A DNA stretch of 32,000 bases from Propionibacterium freudenreichii subsp. freudenreichii (GTDB lineage: Bacteria > Actinomycetota > Actinomycetes > Propionibacteriales > Propionibacteriaceae): positions 720,001-752,000 of the forward strand of contig NZ_CP010341.1 of the NCBI RefSeq assembly GCF_000940845.1, in the 5' to 3' direction. The notes beneath the pieces were generated by a model that saw only the letters and a list, made by a program, of their open reading frames with translations, made no database searches and was not told the DNA's origin. Shown one piece after another: positions 17,932 to 25,503 of the stretch (position 1 is the stretch's first letter; each line of letters opens with the position of its first letter). The translations under genes were made by a program, and so were the position numbers.

Positions 17932-18819
17932 ATGAGCCAAGACCTGAAGCAGGCCCTGTTCGGCGTGTTCGACGCGGTGCAGAAGAATGCGATCAAGTTG
18001 GATTTCGGAGCCGATCCCGAGCCCGGGGAAGCAGGACAGAGCCGGCTGGGTGGCCGACCTGACGTTCCCCGGGACTTTGAGTGGCCCCGCTTCCAGGACA
18101 AGGACGACGATTCTGCCGACGCCAATCGACCCCTGACCTTCCTGGCCCAGGTCAACCTTGCCGACGCGACCCGCTATGACACCGAGGGACTGCTTCCCAC
18201 CGCAGGCGTGCTGAGCTTCTTCTACGAGATGGAGACCCAGGAATGGGGCTTTGATCCCCGGGACAAGGGCTCCGCCAGGGTCTTCTTCTTCGAGGACCCG
18301 GCGACGTTGCGGCCCGCATCGGTGCCTGACGACCTGGACGACTGGTTCCCCGACGGCCAGGCCATCTCATACCGGAACATGGTGGACCTGCCGGCCTGGT
18401 TGGGCTTCACCGAGCTCCCCGAGGAAGTGCGTAGGACGAACCCGCTGCCCGTGCCCCTGACGGACATCGAGTGGGAGGACTATGACGCGATGCGCGAGGA
18501 GTACGGCGCACCATCCGAGGGCGATGATGCGGTCACCACGAAACTGCTCGGCCACCCGGACGTGGTGCAGAACCCGATGGAGGCCGAGTGCGAAATGGTC
18601 ACGCGGGGGATGGCTGACGGCGCGGAGGGCGAGGAGATCTCCCAGGAACTGCGCGACGACATCGAGAAGGCCAGCAGGGACTGGACCCTGTTGTTCCAGA
18701 TGGGCACCGATTCCGGCCTGGAATTCGGCGATGTCGGCCACATCAATTACTGGATCAAGAAGCAGGACCTGGCCCGCCGTGATTTTGACAAGGCCTGGCT
18801 CATCCTGCAGTGCGGATGA
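17932..18819 (+). CDS. DUF1963 / YwqG-family protein
   Basis: 295 aa with the family pattern as remembered: SRLGGRPDVP..W, LTFLAQVNL, GVLSFFY, KLLGHPDVVQNP, WTLLFQMGTD...GDVGHINYWIKKQDL, W.ILQCG. GAAGGA lies upstream of the ATG. Confidence 0.7.
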   Translation: MSQDLKQALFGVFDAVQKNAIKLDFGADPEPGEAGQSRLGGRPDVPRDFEWPRFQDKDDDSADANRPLTFLAQVNLADATRYDTEGLLPTAGVLSFFYEMETQEWGFDPRDKGSARVFFFEDPATLRPASVPDDLDDWFPDGQAISYRNMVDLPAWLGFTELPEEVRRTNPLPVPLTDIEWEDYDAMREEYGAPSEGDDAVTTKLLGHPDVVQNPMEAECEMVTRGMADGAEGEEISQELRDDIEKASRDWTLLFQMGTDSGLEFGDVGHINYWIKKQDLARRDFDKAWLILQCG

Positions 18820-18869
18820 CCCGGGCGTCCGAGTGACGGTCCGGCGTCGGGGCGGGCGTCTGCGCGCAC

Positions 18870-19820
18870 TCAGTGCGCGACGCTGACCACGATCTTCCCC
18901 ATCTCGGTGCTGGTCTCCAGCGCCTCATGGGCCCGGCCGACGTCCGGGAGCGGGAATTCCCCGACGATGGGCAGGCTCAGGCCCTGCTGCGCCACCAGCG
19001 TGAGCATGTGGCGCAGCAGGGCGGGATTCACCTCGGTGGACTGGAAGTTCGTGAGGTACCCGCGAATGCTGAAGGGATCAAAGTCGGGCACCGTCCACTG
19101 GCCTCCCAACCCGCCGGTGACCACCACGCAGCCCCGGGGCGCGGCATGCCCCATGGAGTCATCCAGCGTGGCCGCCCCCACGAGTTCGAGCACCCCATCG
19201 AACCGTTCGGTGCCGGGCAGCGTCCCGGCGTCCACGAGCACCTCGTCAGCCCCCAGGGCCTCAAGGCGCGCAATCTTGCCGGGGCTACGCGTGGTGGAGG
19301 TCACCCGCACGCCGAACGACTTGGCGAGTTGCATCGCCGCGAGGCCAACGCTGCTGGTGCCACCGCGGATCAGTAGGGCATCACCGGCCGTCAGGTGCAT
19401 CCGGTCGAGGGAACCCAGGGCGGTATAGAAGCTCTCGGGGATGGTGGCCAGCCGATTCCACGCCATCTCAATGCCCACCGGATACAGCTGGGAGTTCGGC
19501 ACGAGCGCATATTCCTGGTAGCTGCCGTCGAAGTCGCGTCCCAGCCCACCCATGAGCGTCACGACGCGTTGCCCCACCTCAAGTCCGCTCGCCGGAGAGG
19601 TGGCGTGCACCCGTCCGACGGCCTCGATTCCGATCACCCGGGGGAACCGCACATCGGGGGAACCGCCGGCGCGCGTGATCAGTTCGGCATGGTTCACGCC
19701 GAACGCCATGACCTCGAGCACGCTGTGCGTGGCGGTCGCCTCGGGAATGGGACGTTCCTCAGGGCGGAAGGTGTCTGCGCCTCCCGGATGGTCCAGCACC
19801 ATTGCCAACATCATCGTCAC
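18870..19820 (-). CDS. MDR-family zinc-type alcohol dehydrogenase / NADPH:quinone oxidoreductase-like protein
   Basis: 316 aa with a GroES-like N-terminal domain (VLEVMAFGVNHAEL..G..P.VIGIEAVGRV) and a Rossmann motif (LLIRGGTSSVGLAAMQLAK). The exact start among M1/M3/M4/M7 is unresolved. Confidence 0.8.
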   Translation of the reverse strand: MTMMLAMVLDHPGGADTFRPEERPIPEATATHSVLEVMAFGVNHAELITRAGGSPDVRFPRVIGIEAVGRVHATSPASGLEVGQRVVTLMGGLGRDFDGSYQEYALVPNSQLYPVGIEMAWNRLATIPESFYTALGSLDRMHLTAGDALLIRGGTSSVGLAAMQLAKSFGVRVTSTTRSPGKIARLEALGADEVLVDAGTLPGTERFDGVLELVGAATLDDSMGHAAPRGCVVVTGGLGGQWTVPDFDPFSIRGYLTNFQSTEVNPALLRHMLTLVAQQGLSLPIVGEFPLPDVGRAHEALETSTEMGKIVVSVAH

Positions 19821-19970
19821 CCCGCCATCGCGCGTCGGATCGAACGGACGCCCGGTGCCGGTTCAGTGTGGGCGGACACGTGCACGGGGCGAACCCATCG
19901 TGACCTCAGGCTACTGCGGCGCTGCTGGGGCCGCAGCCGACAGGAACCGACCGCCCTGTTCCATCACGCA

Positions 19971-20015
19971 GCAACGCCCGAGTCCCGCTCACCACAGTCG
20001 GGATTCGGGCGTTGC
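19971..20015. other. Long GC-rich hairpin (17-bp stem) in the intergenic region
   Basis: GCAACGCCCGAGTCCCG (19971-19987) pairs with CGGGATTCGGGCGTTGC (19999-20015) at 16 Watson-Crick positions plus one G-T. The loop is CTCACCACAGT. Confidence 0.6.
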
Positions 20016-20024
20016 TTGTGGGAA

Positions 20025-20090
20025 GCGACGAACGGGGTGACGTTCGCCGCAAGGTAATGGGGGAGCGCCGACCGGGGTGACGGTCGACGC
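20025..20090 (-). repeat. Two tandem 26-nt hairpins (40-nt period) with an identical hexaloop and compensatory stem changes
   Basis: GCGACGAACG-GGGTGA-CGTTCGCCGC (20025-20050) and GCGCCGACCG-GGGTGA-CGGTCGACGC (20065-20090). An A-T pair in one is C-G in the other. The single A/C mismatch on the plus strand becomes a G-U wobble in a minus-strand transcript. They lie 21-86 nt 3' of the pspC stop. Confidence 0.65.
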
Positions 20091-20110
20091 AGGTCTTGTG
20101 CTGTGCGGGC

Positions 20111-20401
20111 CTACTTGGTGTCGTCGTAGGGGTTGAAGTCCTGCGGCCCGTCGTTCTTGTCGCGGAAGCCGTTGATCGTCCGCTTCACCGCATCGAGTCC
20201 CTTCGAGCCATCCACGCCGTCAGGGATCAACAGCCAGCAGATCAGATAGGCCCAGAAGGCGGTGCCGAAGGTGACCAGGCCAAGGATGATGAAACCGAGC
20301 CGAACCGCCAGTGCATCGATGCCCCAGTAGTCGGCCAGACCGCCGGCCACCCCGGCAATCCAACGGTTGTCGTGGCGACGTACCAGCTGCTTGGTGCCCA
20401 T
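20111..20401 (-). CDS. Small PspC-domain membrane protein
   Basis: LVRRHDNRWIAGVAGGLADYWGIDALAVRLGFIILGLVTFGTAFWAYLICWLLIP is a PspC domain. The start is set at the ATG at 20401, preceded by AGGAGG; the ORF extends 15 codons further, to 20446. Confidence 0.8.
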   Translation of the reverse strand: MGTKQLVRRHDNRWIAGVAGGLADYWGIDALAVRLGFIILGLVTFGTAFWAYLICWLLIPDGVDGSKGLDAVKRTINGFRDKNDGPQDFNPYDDTK

Positions 20402-20488
20402 GGGTTCCTCCTGGATCGGGGTCTGCACCGCCCCTGCGGTGCGCATGGATCAATTCTTGCGCCGATCGCACTCAATTTCATCAGGGAG

Positions 20489-20507
20489 GCACCCTGAACG
20501 CACCCTG
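20489..20507. promoter_or_regulatory. 8-bp direct repeat in the divergent pspC / kinase promoter region (possible regulator site)
   Basis: GCACCCTG-AAC-GCACCCTG, 11-bp period, located between the divergent starts at 20401 and 20643. There is no further evidence for binding. Confidence 0.2.
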
Positions 20508-20642
20508 CTTGCCGGGTCAGCCCGACGGGGGACAGGGGGCGGCCCGTCCCGGATTCACGTGCCGGCCGACGAATGCCGCGTGGGTCGGATGGAACAATTG
20601 GCACCATTGGTCCACGGGGAACCTGAAGGGAGGCGGCACGAC

Positions 20643-21986
20643 ATGGGATCCACACGCCAGCGCGGCACGTCTTCCGAGCCGCCGCGGACGGGCATGAACG
20701 CTCCTGGCGGCGCCGTGCCCTCCTGGCCGGACGGTGCGTCGGGGCATCCGGCCGGCCGCGGACCGCGCTGGCCGGCGGGCCTGGCGCGGAGGATGCGCGG
20801 AAGCTGGCTCGGCGGGGTCTGCACCGGCATCGCCGACTACCTCGGCTCCCCGGTGTGGCCGGTGCGGTTGTGCTTCGTGTTGCTGGCCATGACCGCCTAC
20901 CTCGGCGTGGTTGCCTACGCCGCGTTGTGGGCCTTCCTGCCGATCAAGGACGAGGCCGCCGAACAGGCCCGGGCGGTGCGTCCGGCACGCAAGCCCCGCA
21001 GCTCGCGGCGCCAGGACCTGGAGGTGTGGCTGTCCATCGGGCTGGTCCTGCTGCTGTGCCTGGGGCTGCTCGTGTTGAGCCGGCTGTTCGGTCTCGGCTC
21101 GATCCATGCCTTCTTCTGGCCCGTGGTGCTGGCCGCCGTGGGTATCGGACTCGTCTGGCGCCAGGCCGACCAGCCCGAGGAGGAACCCGACCGGCTCGTG
21201 CCACGTTGGATGGCGCCCCTGGTGAGCAGTTCCAAGTGGGCCACGGTGTTGCGCATGGGCCTGGGGATGACCCTGGTGGGGGCCTCGGTGCTCCTGGTGG
21301 CCTACACCCAGGTGGACGGCCCCTATCTGCCGGCAGTGCTGGGCATGGTGGCCCTGGCCCTGGCCGGCTTCGGGGTGCTCACCGCGCCCTGGATGAACCG
21401 GATGCGCAGCAACCTGGCACGTGCCCACGAGGAAAAGCTGGTGGCTGATGCGCGTGCCGACATGGCCGCCCACCTGCACGATTCGGTGCTGCAGACGCTG
21501 GCCCTGATCCAGCGTCAGGCCGATGACCCCAAGGCCGTGGCCAGCCTCGCGCGACGTCAGGAACGTGAGTTGCGCGAGTGGCTCTACGGGGAGGCGCCCG
21601 GCCCCCGGGACTTCCGCGCGGCGTTGCGCGATGCCGGCGCCCAGGTCGAGGACAGCAGCGGAGTGCGCGTCGAGGTGATCTGCGTGGGCGATGCCACGCT
21701 GAACGACGGCCTGTCGGCGATGATCCTCGCGGCACGCGAGGCCATGATGAACTCCGCGAAGCATTCGGGCGCTGACCACATCGACGTCTATGCCGAGGTC
21801 GACGATGATCACGTCGAACTGTTCGTCCGCGATCGTGGCGTGGGCTTTGATGCCGAGCAGATCCGAGCCGATCGGATGGGTGTGAGAAGATCGATCATCG
21901 AACGTATGGAGCGCCACGGCGGAACCGCTCAGGTGCGCTCTGCACCGGGGGAGGGCACCGAGGTGAAACTGGAGATTGCGCGATGA
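20643..21986 (+). CDS. PspC-domain-fused sensor histidine kinase (HisKA_3 / HATPase_c)
   Basis: N-terminal PspC domain (RRMRGSWLGGVCTGIADYLGSPVWPVRLCFVLLAM), several TM segments, H-box AAHLHDSVLQTLALIQ, N-box MMNSAKHSGA, G-box VRDRGVGFD. The start is set at ATG 20643 with GGGAGG upstream; an in-frame ATG at 20589 is an alternative. Confidence 0.8.
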   Translation: MGSTRQRGTSSEPPRTGMNAPGGAVPSWPDGASGHPAGRGPRWPAGLARRMRGSWLGGVCTGIADYLGSPVWPVRLCFVLLAMTAYLGVVAYAALWAFLPIKDEAAEQARAVRPARKPRSSRRQDLEVWLSIGLVLLLCLGLLVLSRLFGLGSIHAFFWPVVLAAVGIGLVWRQADQPEEEPDRLVPRWMAPLVSSSKWATVLRMGLGMTLVGASVLLVAYTQVDGPYLPAVLGMVALALAGFGVLTAPWMNRMRSNLARAHEEKLVADARADMAAHLHDSVLQTLALIQRQADDPKAVASLARRQERELREWLYGEAPGPRDFRAALRDAGAQVEDSSGVRVEVICVGDATLNDGLSAMILAAREAMMNSAKHSGADHIDVYAEVDDDHVELFVRDRGVGFDAEQIRADRMGVRRSIIERMERHGGTAQVRSAPGEGTEVKLEIAR

Positions 21987-22681
21987 CGAGCCTGCCCGGA
22001 CCCCTGACCACCGATGAGCCGCGCCCGGAGGGCCCCCGGCGGGTGGTGCTGGTCGATGACCATGACATCTTCCGTGCCGGCGTGCGCCACGAGCTGACCG
22101 CCGCCGCACCCGACGAGATCGACGTGGTGGGTGAGGCCGGCGACGTGGAGCAGGCGGTCAAGGTGATCACCGGGACCACGCCCGATGTGGTGCTGCTCGA
22201 TGTGCACCTTCCCGGCGGCGGAGGTGCCGAGGTGGTGCGCCAGGTTCACCAGATCGATCCCAAGATCACCTTCCTGGCGCTGTCTGTCTCGGACGCCGCC
22301 GAGGACGTGATCGCCGTCATCCGCGCAGGGGCTCGTGGCTATGTCACCAAGTCGATCAGCACCGCCGACCTGGTGGAGGCCATCGGGCGCGTCGCCACCG
22401 GCGATGCCGTCTTCAGCCCCCGTCTGGCCGGCTTCGTGCTGGACGCCTTCAGCGGATCGATCTCGGTGGAATCCATCGATGAGGACCTCGACCGGCTGAG
22501 CCAGCGCGAACGCGAGGTGATGAAGCTCATCGCCCGCGGCTACACCTACAAGGAAGTGGCACGCGAGCTGTTCATCTCGATCAAGACCGTGGAAACCCAC
22601 GTGTCGAATGTGCTGCGCAAGCTGCAGCTGTCGAACCGCCATGAACTCACCAAGTGGGCCACCGACCGCAAGCTCGTCTAG
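21983..22681 (+). CDS. LuxR/NarL-family response regulator
   Basis: Receiver domain (RRVVLVDDHDIFRAGV...VVLLDVHLPGGGG...ALSVSD...YVTKS) plus a LuxR HTH (LSQREREVMKLIARGYTYKEVARELFISIKTVETHVSNVLRKLQL). ATGA overlap with the kinase stop. Confidence 0.9.
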   Translation: MTSLPGPLTTDEPRPEGPRRVVLVDDHDIFRAGVRHELTAAAPDEIDVVGEAGDVEQAVKVITGTTPDVVLLDVHLPGGGGAEVVRQVHQIDPKITFLALSVSDAAEDVIAVIRAGARGYVTKSISTADLVEAIGRVATGDAVFSPRLAGFVLDAFSGSISVESIDEDLDRLSQREREVMKLIARGYTYKEVARELFISIKTVETHVSNVLRKLQLSNRHELTKWATDRKLV

Positions 22682-22780
22682 CGACCCCGCAACGTCGATC
22701 ATGCCGGGTGCACATCGTGGAGATGCGCGCCCGGCGTGATGCATGAGGTGGGGATGTGGAGTGGGGATCGGACCCGTGGG

Positions 22781-22950
22781 CAGACCTTGTGGTGGATCCC
22801 GTGGGTCAGCCTGTTGGGCTGACCTGTGGTGGATCCAGTGGGTCAGCTTGTTGGGCTGACCTGTGGTGGATCCAGTGGGTCAGCTTGTTGGGCTGACCCC
22901 GTTGCAGACCCCGTGGGTCAGCTCCTTGAGCTGACCTTGTTGTAGACCCA
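22781..22950. repeat. Tandem 37/38-bp hairpin-containing repeat array (4 clear units plus 1 degenerate)
   Basis: The core GTGGGTCAGC-N(5-7)-GCTGACC starts at 22801, 22838, 22875 and 22913 (spacing 37, 37, 38). A degenerate unit lies at about 22781-22800. The last unit encodes the final residues and stop codon of the minus-strand gene at 22918-23169. Confidence 0.8.
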
Positions 22951-23169
22951 CAGCACCAGGCAGCTGCCGACGACGGACAACAGCCACGTCCAGGGGCTGA
23001 AGAAGCCCGACAGCGGGCGGTGGAACAGCAGGCTGCCGAGCCAGCCGCCGGCCAACCCACCGACGACGCCGATGATCAACGAGCTGATCCAGCCAGCGCG
23101 CCCGCCGATGATGGCCTTGGCGATGGTGCCGCAGATGAGGCCCAGGATGATCCAAGAAATTAGTCCCAT
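22918..23169 (-). CDS. GlsB/YeaQ/YmgE-family (transglycosylase-associated) small membrane stress protein
   Basis: 83 aa. MGLISWIILGLICGTIAKAIIGGRAGWISSLIIGVVGGLAGGWLGSLLF is the characteristic Gly-rich TM pattern of this family. Confidence 0.85.
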   Translation of the reverse strand: MGLISWIILGLICGTIAKAIIGGRAGWISSLIIGVVGGLAGGWLGSLLFHRPLSGFFSPWTWLLSVVGSCLVLWVYNKVSSRS

Positions 23170-23356
23170 GGTTTCATGCTAACCGACCGGGGTGTGCACT
23201 GAGTGGACCGCCCCTCCACCTGAACCCCGGGATCCCCCTGTCCCGGACCCATTGCGACCCCTCATCCTGCGGTGCCCGGTGCGGCTGGCGACCTGCGATG
23301 GGGCTGCGCAGCTGCACGCCACCCCGACAGGGCAACGCGTGCCGGCTCGCAAAGAA

Positions 23357-23375
23357 GTAGGTTAGCCTCACCTAA
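23357..23375. promoter_or_regulatory. DtxR/IdeR-type iron box
   Basis: GTAGGTTAGCCTCACCTAA matches the 19-bp consensus TTAGGTTAGGCTAACCTAA at 16/19 positions. It lies 84 bp upstream of the siderophore binding-protein ATG and overlaps a possible -10 (TAATGT, 23373-23378). Confidence 0.65.
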
Positions 23376-23458
23376 TGTGGGTCCCACCTGTTGGTGGGCT
23401 GTGCAATGACCCGCTCACGAAACACCACGTCCCCTCCCCATTCTCAGAGGAGAGCCCT

Positions 23459-24475
23459 ATGTCATCCACCCGGTTCACGAACCGTGGAACCCTTGCCGTG
23501 GTCGCCCTGTCGGCGGCCCTGCTGGCCGGCGGACTCACCGCCTGTTCATCCGGCGCGGGTAGCGATACATCACCTGCCACCCACAGCGCGGCCGCGCTGT
23601 CGAGCATCGAGATCACCGACAACAACGGCACCCATACGGTCACGACCCCACCGCAGTCGGTCGTCGCCCTGGACAACCGCACCTTCGAGACGCTGTCCCA
23701 GTGGGGCGTCGGTCTCAAGGCCGCGGCCGTGTCGCTGATGCCGAGCACCATCTCGTACACCACCGACAAGTCCATCGTGGACATCGGCAACCACCGCGAG
23801 CCGAACCTGGAGGCCATCGTGGCGGCCAAGCCCGATCTGGTGATCAACGGGCAACGCTTCACCCAGTACACCGACGAGATCAAGTCGCTGGTGCCCGATA
23901 CCACCATCCTCGACCTGGATCCCCGCGATGGGGAACCCTTCGACCAGGAACTGAAGCGCCAGACCACCGTGCTGGGCGAGGTCTTCGGCAAGCAGGCCGA
24001 GGCCAAGAAGCTCAATGACGACCTGGACGGCGCCATCGCACGGGTCAAGAAGGCATACAAGCCTGCCGACACCGTGATGGCGGTGAACACCTCCGGTGGC
24101 GAGATCGGCTTCATCGCGCCACATGTGGGACGCGCGCTCGGACCCGTCTATGACTTCGCGGGCCTGACGCCGGCACTGCAGGTGCAGGGTTCGTCCAAGG
24201 ATCACAAGGGCGACGACATCTCGGTGGAAGCGATCGCCAGCTCCAATCCCACGTGGATCCTGGTGATGGACCGCGATGCGGCGATCTCGGCCGACGATCC
24301 GTCGTACAAGCCGGCCAGCGAGTTGTTGAAGAACTCCCAGGCCCTGGCCGGGGTGACCGCGGTGAAGGAGGGCAACATCGTCACGATGCCTGCCGACACC
24401 TACACCAATGAGTCGATCCAGACCTACACGGAGTTCCTCAACGACTTCGCCGCAGCGCTGGAATCCCGGGCGTGA
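23459..24475 (+). CDS. Iron-siderophore ABC transporter substrate-binding lipoprotein (YclQ/FatB/CeuE-like)
   Basis: GAGGAG lies upstream of the ATG. Lipobox LLAGGLTAC. Class III binding-protein features: PQSVVALDNRTFETL, EPNLEAIVAAKPDLVINGQR, NPTWILVMDRD, AVKEGNIV. Confidence 0.85.
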   Translation: MSSTRFTNRGTLAVVALSAALLAGGLTACSSGAGSDTSPATHSAAALSSIEITDNNGTHTVTTPPQSVVALDNRTFETLSQWGVGLKAAAVSLMPSTISYTTDKSIVDIGNHREPNLEAIVAAKPDLVINGQRFTQYTDEIKSLVPDTTILDLDPRDGEPFDQELKRQTTVLGEVFGKQAEAKKLNDDLDGAIARVKKAYKPADTVMAVNTSGGEIGFIAPHVGRALGPVYDFAGLTPALQVQGSSKDHKGDDISVEAIASSNPTWILVMDRDAAISADDPSYKPASELLKNSQALAGVTAVKEGNIVTMPADTYTNESIQTYTEFLNDFAAALESRA

Positions 24476-25503
24476 CCTTGCCTGATGCCACCCCGGTCCG
24501 CCGGACGCGCCACGGTGCGTCCGGCGGACCACCGCGCCCCGGGCCGGTGCCGGACCGCAAGCTGCTCGACCCCAAGCTGCTCGTGGGGATCGTGGTGGTC
24601 GCCGGGCTGTTGGTGCTGTCGCTGACCACCGGCGTCTACGACGTCTTCGGGGCCTCGGATGGTTCCCGGATGTTCCAGATCACCCGCGTGCCGCGCACCG
24701 TCGCGCTGGTCCTCGCCGGTGCCGCGATGGCCATGAGTGGCCTCGTGATGCAGCTGCTCACCCAGAACCGCTTCGTCGAACCCACCACCACCGGCACCAC
24801 CGAATGGGCCGGATTGGGGCTGCTGTTGGTGATGGTGATCGCCCCGAACGCCAGTATCGGCACCAAGATGGCCGTGGCCGTCGTGGCGGCCTTCCTGGGG
24901 ACGATGGTCTTCTTCGCCTTCCTGCGCACCGTGACCCTCAGGTCGTCGCTGATCGTGCCCATCGTCGGCATCATGCTGGGCGCCGTGGTGTCATCGATCT
25001 CCACCTTCATTGCCATCAGGATGGACGCCCTGCAGAGCCTGGGCGTCTGGTTCGCCGGCAGCTTCACCTCGATCCTGCGCGGCCAGTATGAGATCCTGTG
25101 GGTCGTCGCAGCGGTGGGAGTGGCGATCTTCCTGGTCGCCGATCGCTTCACCGTGGCCGGCCTCGGCAAGTCGGTCGCCACCGGGGTCGGCATGAACTAT
25201 GAGCGCATCATCCTGATGGGCACCGGCCTGGTGGCGGTTGCCACCGGCGTGGTCACCGTGGTGGTCGGAAACCTGCCCTTCGTGGGGCTCATCGTGCCCA
25301 ACATCGTCTCGCTGGCACGCGCTGACGACCTGCGCTCGAACCTGCCGTGGGTCTGCCTGCTGGGCATCGGCCTGGTCACCGTCTGCGATCTGTTGGGACG
25401 CGTGATCATCATGCCCTTCGAGATCCCCGTCTCCCTGATCCTGGGCATCGTCGGGTCGGTGGTCTTCGTCGTGCTCCTGCTGAGGCAGCGTCGCCGTGGC
25501 TGA
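24472..25503 (+). CDS. Iron-siderophore ABC transporter permease (FecCD family)
   Basis: 343 aa, multi-TM, with a GTG start overlapping the upstream TGA. FecCD-type blocks: RVPRTVALVLAGAAMAMSGLVMQ, VVGNLPFVGLIVPNIV. Confidence 0.85.
   Translation: MTLPDATPVRRTRHGASGGPPRPGPVPDRKLLDPKLLVGIVVVAGLLVLSLTTGVYDVFGASDGSRMFQITRVPRTVALVLAGAAMAMSGLVMQLLTQNRFVEPTTTGTTEWAGLGLLLVMVIAPNASIGTKMAVAVVAAFLGTMVFFAFLRTVTLRSSLIVPIVGIMLGAVVSSISTFIAIRMDALQSLGVWFAGSFTSILRGQYEILWVVAAVGVAIFLVADRFTVAGLGKSVATGVGMNYERIILMGTGLVAVATGVVTVVVGNLPFVGLIVPNIVSLARADDLRSNLPWVCLLGIGLVTVCDLLGRVIIMPFEIPVSLILGIVGSVVFVVLLLRQRRRG

Noticed and set aside
22781-22950. CRISPR array, considered because of regularly spaced ~37-bp palindromic repeats.
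   Set aside because: The units are directly contiguous with no unique spacers. There are only 4-5 copies, no cas genes lie nearby, and one unit is part of a coding sequence.
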